The notes beneath the pieces were generated by a model, which was given only the letters and a program-made list of their open reading frames with translations, was not told the DNA's origin and did no database searches. Made by a program: the position numbers and the translations under genes. This document shows positions 49,803 through 58,461 of a stretch of 64,000 bases of DNA, in pieces; within the stretch, counting starts at the first letter, position 1, and the number at the start of each line of letters is the position of its first letter. Origin of the DNA: an uncultured Pelagibacteraceae bacterium (GTDB lineage: Bacteria > Pseudomonadota > Alphaproteobacteria > Pelagibacterales > Pelagibacteraceae); contig CACDZF010000003.1 of assembly GCA_902557385.1 (NCBI GenBank), positions 2,751 to 66,750 on the forward strand, written 5' to 3'.

Positions 49803-50432
49803 TTATTTTAGCACTTCGTATAAACCTAGCCAAGCATTTACATCCTTGCTAGCTATATAATTTGATTTAAAAAATTCAATTTCCTTCCATTTATTATGTT
49901 TTTTTAAATCTTCAATTTTTTTATCAAAACCATATTCCTCATGAATACCTTCGTTGATAGTAAAACAAATAAGACCTTTATTTTTTGTGATTCTTATAAA
50001 TTCGTCTAAGGCAGGAGGTTTTACATGGCCAAAAGTAAATGTACCAACGCACATCACGGCATCATATGCGTTATCCTGATCATCTATGGGTTTGTTTAAA
50101 TCGACTTTATCTAATTTTTTATAAAGTCCTTTTGGAACTAAATCTAAAAGCTTTTGAGAAAGGTCTGCTCCATAAAAATTTGAAAAACCGTACTTCTTTA
50201 ATTCAACACCAACTAATCCCGTTCCACATCCTGCGTCATAAATTTTTGCATTTTTATTCTTTTCGTGTTTAATAAAAACTTCAGTAGTCTCCTTAGGACC
50301 AGTGTAATTCCAATCAACCATATCTTTGTCATATTTATTTCCTTCACCCCACTCATCATAATATTTCATGACCTCTTCAGTTTTTTTTAATTTATAAATT
50401 GGTACTTTGTTACCTACGTCTTTCTGTGCCAT
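49803..50432 (-). CDS. Class I SAM-dependent methyltransferase (METTL27-like)
   Basis: YDEW...Y, DAGCGTGLVG, D.S, GTFT.GHV. Confidence 0.85.
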   Translation of the reverse strand: MAQKDVGNKVPIYKLKKTEEVMKYYDEWGEGNKYDKDMVDWNYTGPKETTEVFIKHEKNKNAKIYDAGCGTGLVGVELKKYGFSNFYGADLSQKLLDLVPKGLYKKLDKVDLNKPIDDQDNAYDAVMCVGTFTFGHVKPPALDEFIRITKNKGLICFTINEGIHEEYGFDKKIEDLKKHNKWKEIEFFKSNYIASKDVNAWLGLYEVLK

Positions 50433-50535
50433 TTTAATTTCTTATATTGGTACTTGTTCCACGTGAATTATTTAAATTACAATTTTGAATTGTATTAATT
50501 TCTTTTTTTTTAACTTAATATTCATAATTAATTTT

Positions 50536-52941
50536 TTAACTTCTCATTTTTTGACCACTTGGATCATAGAGCGGTTCTTTGATAATTGAACAATTGAACA
50601 TATCACCATTAATTTCAACTTGAATACCTTTTCCAGAATTTAATTCATTGGTGTCTAGGTAAGAGAATGCAACACTTTTATTTACGAAGTGAGCAAAACC
50701 TCCAGATGTTACATACCCAATACTTTTATCTCCTTTCATAACAGCTTCATTATACGTTACATCAATCTCATTAGTTTCAACTATTAATGGGGTAATTTTG
50801 TTTTTACTTTTGTCTTTTTTGGCAGAATTTTTACCAATAAAATCTTTATCCCAATTAATAAATACATCTAAACCTGCCTCTTTTGGGGTGAAATCTGGTC
50901 TGTAATCGAGGGTCCAAGCTCCCCAATTTTTTTCCAACCTCATGGACATTAAAGCTCTTGCTCCAAATGGTTTGATATTAAATTCCTTTCCTGCCTCCAT
51001 AAGTTCTTCATACAATTTAATCTGATAGTGTGGCGCGACATAAATTTCATAACCTAACTCTCCGGTAAAAGATAATCTATTAATTATAGCTGGTACCCCA
51101 GCTACATACATTCTTCTTGAGTCTCTAAATTTTAATTTACTATTCGATATGTCTTCTCTAACAATTTTTTGAAGTAAATCTCTTGATTTTGGTCCTGAAA
51201 TACTAAGACCATGAAAATCATCAGACCGATTTTTGTAACTTAAATTAAATTTACCTATATGACTTTCAAACCACCGTCTATGCATTTCTTGTGCTGCACC
51301 TGATCCAAAAATCATGAATTCATTTTCATCTATGCATGCAACTGTTAAATCTCCATAGAGTTTTCCTTTTTGGGTTAACATTGGATTTAGTGAAATTCTT
51401 CCTGGTTTAGGTATTCTTCCAGCCATAACATAATCTAAAAATTTTCTAGCATCTGATCCTTTAAATTCATGTTTTGAAAAGTTTGCGACCTCTGTAACAC
51501 CTACATTTTCTCTAACATTTATTACTTCTTTTGAAACATAATTATGTGATCTAGATCTTTTAATAGTTGGTTCTTCGTATGCGTCCTCTTTACTTTTCGC
51601 AAACCACAAAACATTTTCTAAACCAAAACTATCTCCCATAACAGCTCCTTGATTTATAAAACGATCATAAAGAGCAGTTGTTTTTTGTTTTCTACCTTTG
51701 GGTAGAGTTTCGTTTGGAAAAGTCATTATAAATCTTCTTTCATAATTTTCAGATGATTTTATTGTTCCATACTGTGGTGATGCATAATCTCCAAATCTTG
51801 CAACATCCATTGCCCAAACATCTATTGAAGGTTCGCCATCAATAATCCACTCCGCAATACATTTGCCAACGCCACCTCCTTGGCAAAATCCAGCCATCAC
51901 ACCTACTGCAACCCAATAATTTTTCATTCCAGGAACTGGTCCAATCAGAGGGCTTCCATCTGGACCAAAAGTAAATGGACCGTTCACAATATTTTTAATA
52001 CCAGCTTTTTCTAAAGCAGGCATTCTTTCAAAACCAATAGCTAATCTATCTTGAATATTGTCAAGTTTTGGCTCTAAAAGTTCATGTCCAAAATTCATTG
52101 GAGTTCCTCCAACTTTCCAAGGAGTTGATTTTTGTTCATACGTTCCAAGTAACATTCCTTTTCCTTCTTGCCTAAAATAAATATTTCCTTCAAAGTCTGT
52201 TCCTATCGGCAATCTTTGATCGCCCATTGCTTCTATTTCTGGGATTGCTTCTGTAATTAAATAATGATGTTCCATTGGTTGAACAGGTAAATCTAATCCT
52301 GCAAGTTTTCCAACTTCTCTAGCCCAGAGACCTCCAGCATTAATTACAATTTCAGCATTTATGTTACCTTTGTCAGTTACAACATCCCAGGATCCATCTT
52401 TTTTTTGTTTGGTGTCCTTAACAACAGTGTGTGTATAATATTTTCCCCCATGAACTTTTGCAGCTTTTGCAAAAGCATAAGTTACGCCAGAGGGATCTAC
52501 TTCTCCGTCAATTGGATCCCACAATGCAAGTAAATATCTGGAAGGATCAATAAGTGGATTTTTCTTTTTTACCTCATCAAGCGATATAAATTCTTGATCT
52601 AAACCCATATACCTAGCTTTAGATCTCTCCCTTTTGAGGTACTCGGCCCAAACGTCATTTGAAGCCAAATAAAATCCGCCACTAGGTTTAAATCCACAAG
52701 AATGGCCTGACTCTTTTTCTATTTCTTTATAAAGACCAATTGTATAGGCCATCATTCTTGAAATATTAGGATCGGATGAGATTACATGAACATTTCCAGC
52801 TGCATGCCAAGAGGATCCTGAAGTTAATTCATTCCTCTCTAAAAGAATACAATCTTTTAACCCAAATTTAGAGAGATGGTATAAAATTGAACATCCAACT
52901 ACACCACCTCCAACAATTACTACTTTTGCATTACTTTCCAT
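50536..52941 (-). CDS. Second dimethylglycine dehydrogenase-like FAD + GcvT-domain protein
   Basis: GGGVVG, LTSGSSWHAAG, GPFTFGPDG, GELGYEIY, SMRLEK; directly downstream of bhmT. Confidence 0.9.
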   Translation of the reverse strand: MESNAKVVIVGGGVVGCSILYHLSKFGLKDCILLERNELTSGSSWHAAGNVHVISSDPNISRMMAYTIGLYKEIEKESGHSCGFKPSGGFYLASNDVWAEYLKRERSKARYMGLDQEFISLDEVKKKNPLIDPSRYLLALWDPIDGEVDPSGVTYAFAKAAKVHGGKYYTHTVVKDTKQKKDGSWDVVTDKGNINAEIVINAGGLWAREVGKLAGLDLPVQPMEHHYLITEAIPEIEAMGDQRLPIGTDFEGNIYFRQEGKGMLLGTYEQKSTPWKVGGTPMNFGHELLEPKLDNIQDRLAIGFERMPALEKAGIKNIVNGPFTFGPDGSPLIGPVPGMKNYWVAVGVMAGFCQGGGVGKCIAEWIIDGEPSIDVWAMDVARFGDYASPQYGTIKSSENYERRFIMTFPNETLPKGRKQKTTALYDRFINQGAVMGDSFGLENVLWFAKSKEDAYEEPTIKRSRSHNYVSKEVINVRENVGVTEVANFSKHEFKGSDARKFLDYVMAGRIPKPGRISLNPMLTQKGKLYGDLTVACIDENEFMIFGSGAAQEMHRRWFESHIGKFNLSYKNRSDDFHGLSISGPKSRDLLQKIVREDISNSKLKFRDSRRMYVAGVPAIINRLSFTGELGYEIYVAPHYQIKLYEELMEAGKEFNIKPFGARALMSMRLEKNWGAWTLDYRPDFTPKEAGLDVFINWDKDFIGKNSAKKDKSKNKITPLIVETNEIDVTYNEAVMKGDKSIGYVTSGGFAHFVNKSVAFSYLDTNELNSGKGIQVEINGDMFNCSIIKEPLYDPSGQKMRS

Positions 52942-52951
52942 AATTTAAGAA

Positions 52952-53998
52952 CTAATATTTTTTACTCATACTAGTGTTTATATCTAAAAAAGACTTATCT
53001 TTCCCGTGAAGCCAATGTCTACTCATATCTGGATAATATTTATATGATATTGGTTTTCTACCTAGAGCAACTGCCATTTCTCTAACATGATGAGGCTCAG
53101 CTCCACAGCAAATTCCAATAAGATTTATTTTTCTTTTTTCGCAGTCCTTTGCAAACTCAGCCATCTCAAATCTATTACAATATAAATTATCTAAAGCAAC
53201 AGGAAATGCATTGCCACCAGGTATACAATCGCAACCATGATCAGTTTGATTTAAAAAACCTGGTTGCTCTTCAGTAGTCCTGTAGGGAACTGGTAAAGCA
53301 GCAACATGGCATGAAACCTTTTCTCTTATTTCAGGTAAAAGTTTCATTGTCATTTTTGGTCCTCTATAACAATTTAAACCAACTACATCAGCACCAAGAT
53401 CTTCCATCATTTTACAAGCGTCTCCCGGAGTATGGCCCTCCCTAGTTTTATCACCTTTTTTAATTGAAAAATTTGTTACAGCAATCAAACCTTCATCTTT
53501 GATTGCCTTAAGTGCAATTTTCATTTCCTCTGTCCAATTTATCGTTTCTGCAACAATAAAATCTACTCCCGCTTCTTTTGCCCAAGCCACTTGCTCTTCA
53601 TACATTTTTTGACACACGGAATGACTTTTTTTATCACTTGGATCATAAATGTTTGTATTAGCAACATCGCCACAAACTAGTAAATCAAGATCTTTAAACT
53701 CATCTCTTGCATCTTTAGCAATCTGTAACGCATTCTTCTGTAGTGGTTCTAATAGATCTTCTTTGCCAATTAAACGCAATTTTTCTCTATGTCCATAGTA
53801 AGTAAATGCTTGGACTACATCTGATCCGGCTCTTATAAACTCTCTATGTAATTGAGAAACTACCTCTGGATGCTCTAAAACAACTTCAGGTACAAACGCA
53901 CCAGCTGATAAATATCCTCTTCTTTCCATTGCAAACAAATATCCTTCTGCAAAAAGAACAGGTCCTTCATTAAGTCTTGTGATTAAATCTTTTTTCAT
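52952..53998 (-). CDS. bhmT: Betaine-homocysteine S-methyltransferase
   Basis: ERRGY...G.F.PE, HREF.RAGSDV.QAFTYY, GLNC, GICCG Zn ligands; AGGAGG SD. Confidence 0.85.
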   Translation of the reverse strand: MKKDLITRLNEGPVLFAEGYLFAMERRGYLSAGAFVPEVVLEHPEVVSQLHREFIRAGSDVVQAFTYYGHREKLRLIGKEDLLEPLQKNALQIAKDARDEFKDLDLLVCGDVANTNIYDPSDKKSHSVCQKMYEEQVAWAKEAGVDFIVAETINWTEEMKIALKAIKDEGLIAVTNFSIKKGDKTREGHTPGDACKMMEDLGADVVGLNCYRGPKMTMKLLPEIREKVSCHVAALPVPYRTTEEQPGFLNQTDHGCDCIPGGNAFPVALDNLYCNRFEMAEFAKDCEKRKINLIGICCGAEPHHVREMAVALGRKPISYKYYPDMSRHWLHGKDKSFLDINTSMSKKY

Positions 53999-54054
53999 AT
54001 TTCCTCCTAATTAATTATTTTTAGATTAAAAATTTTTATTAGTTAAATTTTCTG

Positions 54055-54175
54055 GAAATAGTTTGAGTGCAATCTGTAATGAAACCTATTCAGGTACAAT
54101 TCATTAAAAGATGAATAACCTATTACAGTAAATCTTTTGATAGATTTAAATTGATTATTTACCCAAATCATATTC
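54055..54175. ncRNA. Candidate multibranched structured RNA in the bhmT/SBP divergent intergenic region
   Basis: Six nested helices found by eye (see findings); no family recognised. Confidence 0.5.
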
Positions 54176-54300
54176 GAAACCGTATAATTAATTAAAAAAC
54201 AATTAAAGACATTTTTACTACAACTCAAAGTTGAAATAAATTTGCTTTTCTTTTCTCAGTATGTTTTGATACTCGACTTTAATTAATTAAAGGGGAAATA

Positions 54301-55320
54301 ATGAAAATAAAAAATATAATTGTTTCTGCTCTAGTCTTATTTGGTTTCACTTCTTTTAGTGGAGTTGCTAATGCTAGCTGTGGAAAATTAGTTATCGCTG
54401 AACAAAACTGGGCTTCTGCCGAGTTGATGGCGAACGTAGATAAGATAATCCTAGAAAAAGGATATGGTTGTGAGGTTGAACTTATACCTGGTGCAACTAT
54501 GCCTACTTTTACTTCTATGGATGAAAAAGGTGAGCCAGACATGAACCCTGAACAATGGGCTAATGCTGTTTACACACCTTTAAAAAAAGCTGTTTCAGAA
54601 AAAAGATTAATCATAGCTAACAAAGCTCCTATTACTGGCCTTGGTGAAGGTTGGTGGATAACTCCAGGAACTGTTGAAAAAATTCCTGAAATCAAAGGTA
54701 TGACAGCTATGGAAATCTTAGAACATCCTGAATGGTTCCCTTCAAAAGAAGACCCTTCTAAAGGTGCTTTTGTTGGTTGTCCAGCTGGATGGGGATGTCA
54801 GTTAGCTAACGCAAACCTTTTCAGAGCATTTGAAATGGAAAAAAAAGGATGGGTATTAATTGATCCAGGTTCTGCAGCAGGTTTAGATGGTACAATATCT
54901 AAAGCAGCTGACTCTGGAAGTCCTTGGTTTGGTTACTATTGGAACCCAACTTCAATGGTTGGAAAATATGGTTTAATTCCTGTAGATTTTGGTGTGAAAT
55001 TTCACAGCAGAGATAACTGGGATAACTGTATAACAAAAGCAGAACAAGATTGTGCAGATCCAAAACCAACTGCTTGGACTAAATCTGAAGTTAACTCTAT
55101 CGTTACAGCAAACTTTGCTAAAACTGGAGGAAAAGACGCTTTAAAATATGTTAAAAAGCGTACTTACCCTGGTGATGTAATGAATGGAATGCTTGTGTAC
55201 ATGGCAGAAAACCAAGCTAAAGGTTCAGATGCAGCTATCGAGTTTTTATCAAAACATGAAAATGTTTGGGGTAAATGGGTATCTGGAGCTGCTAAGAAAA
55301 AAATTAAAGCTGGTCTTTAA
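54301..55320 (+). CDS. Glycine betaine/ProX(OpuAC)-family ABC substrate-binding protein
   Basis: Signal peptide, NWASA, GYGC, EGWW, GCPAGWGC, GYYW.P. Confidence 0.88.
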   Translation: MKIKNIIVSALVLFGFTSFSGVANASCGKLVIAEQNWASAELMANVDKIILEKGYGCEVELIPGATMPTFTSMDEKGEPDMNPEQWANAVYTPLKKAVSEKRLIIANKAPITGLGEGWWITPGTVEKIPEIKGMTAMEILEHPEWFPSKEDPSKGAFVGCPAGWGCQLANANLFRAFEMEKKGWVLIDPGSAAGLDGTISKAADSGSPWFGYYWNPTSMVGKYGLIPVDFGVKFHSRDNWDNCITKAEQDCADPKPTAWTKSEVNSIVTANFAKTGGKDALKYVKKRTYPGDVMNGMLVYMAENQAKGSDAAIEFLSKHENVWGKWVSGAAKKKIKAGL

Positions 55321-55333
55321 TATATAATTTTAT

Positions 55334-55369
55334 TTAACGAGCCTAATTAATTTAGGCTCGTTAATTTTT
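55334..55369 (+). terminator. Intrinsic terminator between SBP and permease
   Basis: 13-bp stem TTAACGAGCCTAA/TTAGGCTCGTTAA followed by TTTTT. Confidence 0.8.
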
Positions 55370-55380
55370 GAATAAATTAA

Positions 55381-56265
55381 ATGGACTTTTTAACTAAATT
55401 TCCTGTAATGGAGCGTAAATCCCTAATGGAATTAAGAAAAGGGATTGATCAAACTTTTAGAGAATTTTCTAGAGCTTACGGTGATGGTATAGAGGCATTT
55501 TTCGATCCTCTTTTGTTTTTTTTAATAAGGTTAGAAAAATTACTATTAGCTACACCTTGGCCAATAATATTATTAATACTTGGTGGTTTAGCCTGGTTGG
55601 GTTCAAGAAGTTGGAAACTTGTAGTTGGAAGTATACTAGCTTTTATGGCTATTGGATACTTTGGTATGTGGAAAGATTGCATGGCAACAGTAGCAATCAT
55701 AACAGTTTGTACAATTATGTGCATAGCTGTTGGAATACCAATAGGAGTACTGATGGCAAGATCAAACAGAGTTGAAAGATCAATGCTTCCTGTATTAGAT
55801 ATGATGCAAACTATTCCTAGTTTTGTTTATTTAATTCCTATATTGATGCTACTTGGTATTGGAAAAATCCCAGGGTTAATTGCTGTTTGTATATACGCTA
55901 TACCGCCAGTTATAAGATTAACTAATTTAGGTATAAGGGAAGTAGATAAAGAGACCATAGAGGCAAGTGAAGCATTTGGTGCAACAAAATTGCAAAAATT
56001 AAGAACTGTACAAATACCTTTGGCTCTTCCAACAGTATTTGCAGGTGTAAACCAAACTATCATGATGGCATTAGCTATGGTTGTTATAGCGTCTATGATT
56101 GGAGTTAAGGGTTTAGGGGTTCCTATTTTAAGAGCTATATCGAACCAATATTTGGCATTAGGACTGTTTAACGGATTAGCTATTGTTGCTCTGGCTATAA
56201 TATTTGACAGAATTACTCAAGAATACGGTCGAAGAATACAAAAACACAGAGGCATCAAAAGATAG
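55381..56265 (+). CDS. proW: ProW-family ABC permease
   Basis: PVLDMMQTIPSFVYLIP, IRLTNLGI, EA..AFG, GVNQTIMMALAMVV. Confidence 0.88.
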   Translation: MDFLTKFPVMERKSLMELRKGIDQTFREFSRAYGDGIEAFFDPLLFFLIRLEKLLLATPWPIILLILGGLAWLGSRSWKLVVGSILAFMAIGYFGMWKDCMATVAIITVCTIMCIAVGIPIGVLMARSNRVERSMLPVLDMMQTIPSFVYLIPILMLLGIGKIPGLIAVCIYAIPPVIRLTNLGIREVDKETIEASEAFGATKLQKLRTVQIPLALPTVFAGVNQTIMMALAMVVIASMIGVKGLGVPILRAISNQYLALGLFNGLAIVALAIIFDRITQEYGRRIQKHRGIKR

Positions 56266-56329
56266 TCTCTTTAGCGCATAAGAAGCGATTTTTATAGACA
56301 GCCTTTTTAAAATAAATAAATATTCCCTA

Positions 56330-57058
56330 ATGAATTTTTCTTTGGAAATAAGTCCTAAAACTGACTTAGAAACATTGCCTTCTTTGAGGGATGTTTATAT
56401 TACAATGCTTCCTGGAGGAGATTTTAAAGAAACAGCTGAGCAAGCTGTTAAGCTAGTAAAAAAAGGTTGTAATCCAATCCCACACTTTCCAGCAAGATCA
56501 ATTGAAAGCGATGCACAACTTAAAGAATATATCTCGATCTGTAAGGATGGAGGAGTTAAACAGGCTCTAGTCATTGGTGGCAGTAGAGATCCTATTGGAA
56601 AATTTGATAGTTCAATCCAGCTTTTAGAGACTGGTTATTTTGAGCAGATGAAGATAGGAATCGCTGGACATCCAGAGGGTAGTCCTGATATATCCGATTC
56701 AAATTTAGAAAAAGCTATGAAAGATAAAAAGCCTTATGCTGACTATATAGTAACTCAATGGTTACTAGATCCTCAAAAAATAATAGACTTTATTTCTAAA
56801 CAAACAATACCAGTTCATGTGGGAATTACTGGGCCGCTTAAAATAACTAGCCTTATTAAATTTGCTAATATTGTAGGAGCAAAAAATTCCATAAATTTTC
56901 TTAAATCTAATTTTACTAAGGCATTAGATTTAATGAAACCTAGAGACCCAAATGATTTAATTGGGAAAGTTAAATCGCATACTGATTTCTTCCACATTTA
57001 TACATTCGGCGGCTTGAAGGAAACAAACAAGTGGTTGATGGAGAACAAATATGTCTAA
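56330..57058 (+). CDS. metF: Methylenetetrahydrofolate reductase-like
   Basis: FSLE, PHFPAR, IAGHPEG, IVTQ, HIYTFGG. Confidence 0.75.
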   Translation: MNFSLEISPKTDLETLPSLRDVYITMLPGGDFKETAEQAVKLVKKGCNPIPHFPARSIESDAQLKEYISICKDGGVKQALVIGGSRDPIGKFDSSIQLLETGYFEQMKIGIAGHPEGSPDISDSNLEKAMKDKKPYADYIVTQWLLDPQKIIDFISKQTIPVHVGITGPLKITSLIKFANIVGAKNSINFLKSNFTKALDLMKPRDPNDLIGKVKSHTDFFHIYTFGGLKETNKWLMENKYV

Positions 57059-58409
57059 TGAATTTGACTATACTAAACTAAAACATGTAACCTCAGTAGA
57101 TCAATCCGATCGTGAAGTTCCATATAATTTAAGACAAAGCGGACCAACAAAAGTTGAATTGTTAATTTCAACAAGAGTTAGAAAATCTCCTTATTGGCAT
57201 TTATCTATGCAAGCAGGTTGTTGGAGAGCAACTGTTTATAATCGTATTTATCATCCAAGAGGATATGTAAAACCCGAAGATGGTGGAGCAATGGTTGAGT
57301 ACGATGCAATTGTTAATCATGTTACAATGTGGAATGTTGCTGTTGAAAGGCAAATAAGAGTTAAAGGACCTGATGCAGAAAAATTTACTGACTATGTAAT
57401 AACAAGAGATGCAACTAAAATTTCACCCATGAGAGCTAGATATGTAATTTTATGCAATGCTTATGGTGGAGTTTTAAATGATCCAATTCTTTTAAGAATT
57501 TCAAAAGATGAATTTTGGTTCTCTTTATCAGACTCAGATATTGGTATGTATCTACAGGGTGTTAATGCAGATGGAAGATTTGATTGCACTGTAGAAGAAA
57601 TAGATGCTTGCCCAGTACAAATTCAAGGACCTAAATCAAAAGCATTAATGAAAGATCTTTGTGGTAATCAAGTTGATTTTGATAACATGCCTTTCTACGG
57701 GTTAGCTGAAGTAAAAGTTGGCGGAAGAAGTTGTGTAATTTCTCAATCAGGTTTTTCTGGAGAGGCCGGATATGAAATTTATTTAAGAAACGCTACTTTA
57801 TATGCAGAAGATATGTGGAATGCAGTTCTTGAAGCTGGAAAAAAACATAATTTAATGGTTATAGCGCCTGCTCACCATAGAAGAATTCAAGCTGGAATTT
57901 TATCTTGGGGGCAAGATATGGATCAACAACATAACCCTTTTCAATGTAACCTAGGTTACCAAGTTTCATTGTCAGGTAAAGGAGAATGGAATAAAAAAGC
58001 TGATTATGTTGGTAAAGCAGCATTAGAAAAAATGGGTGCTGAATTGAAGGGTGGCAAAAAACCTTACAAACTTCAGTTAGTTGGACTTGAGTTAGGTGGA
58101 AAACCTATTGAAGAATATGCTCCTGATTTTTGGCTGGTATCACCTGAAAGTGGTGGAGATCCAGTTGGATTTATAACATCTCCTTGGTACCATCCAGAGA
58201 AAAAACAAAATATAGCAATGGGATATGTACCATTCGATGGAACTTTAAATGCTAATGGATTTCCGAAAGGTAAGGTTGGAACTAAATACAAAGTTCATCT
58301 TCCAGAAAAATACTCTGATAAACCAGGAACTCCTGTTGACGCAGTAGTAGTTGATATTCCATTTAAAGAGTCTTTTAATGCTAACACTAGAGAAGTAGTT
58401 AAAGGATAA
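57051..58409 (+). CDS. GcvT/DmdA-family THF-dependent aminomethyltransferase or demethylase
   Basis: RKSPY, TVYN, VERQI..KGPDA, NDP, QGPKS, GFSGEAGYEI. Confidence 0.85.
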   Translation: MSNEFDYTKLKHVTSVDQSDREVPYNLRQSGPTKVELLISTRVRKSPYWHLSMQAGCWRATVYNRIYHPRGYVKPEDGGAMVEYDAIVNHVTMWNVAVERQIRVKGPDAEKFTDYVITRDATKISPMRARYVILCNAYGGVLNDPILLRISKDEFWFSLSDSDIGMYLQGVNADGRFDCTVEEIDACPVQIQGPKSKALMKDLCGNQVDFDNMPFYGLAEVKVGGRSCVISQSGFSGEAGYEIYLRNATLYAEDMWNAVLEAGKKHNLMVIAPAHHRRIQAGILSWGQDMDQQHNPFQCNLGYQVSLSGKGEWNKKADYVGKAALEKMGAELKGGKKPYKLQLVGLELGGKPIEEYAPDFWLVSPESGGDPVGFITSPWYHPEKKQNIAMGYVPFDGTLNANGFPKGKVGTKYKVHLPEKYSDKPGTPVDAVVVDIPFKESFNANTREVVKG

Positions 58410-58426
58410 AAGATTAATAAAAAATT

Positions 58427-58461
58427 AAGCGCGTAGTTTTTTAAACATACGCGCTTTTTTT
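58427..58461 (+). terminator. Intrinsic terminator, likely bidirectional
   Basis: AAGCGCGTA/TACGCGCTT stem followed by a T run. Confidence 0.8.

Noticed and set aside
50455-50470. parS-like TGTTCCACGTGAATTA
   Set aside because: Right arm is degenerate, it is a single copy with no parAB or origin genes nearby, and it is explained by the local duplication
54043-54228. 61-aa ORF upstream of bhmT
   Set aside because: TTG start, no SD, no motif; the region is better explained as structured RNA
53999-54300. SAM-II/SAM-V or cobalamin riboswitch upstream of bhmT
   Set aside because: No AUUU(G/A)AC...CUAAA pseudoknot signature and no AGGGAA/B12-box core; only an isolated ACUGUAA
54301-55320. TMAO-binding TmoX identity
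   Set aside because: Lacks the HNWSSQ-type N-terminal signature I associate with TmoX; left as generic ProX family
57051-58409. Calling this gene dmdA or gcvT proper
   Set aside because: No gcvH/gcvP or glycine riboswitch nearby, and too long and divergent for DmdA
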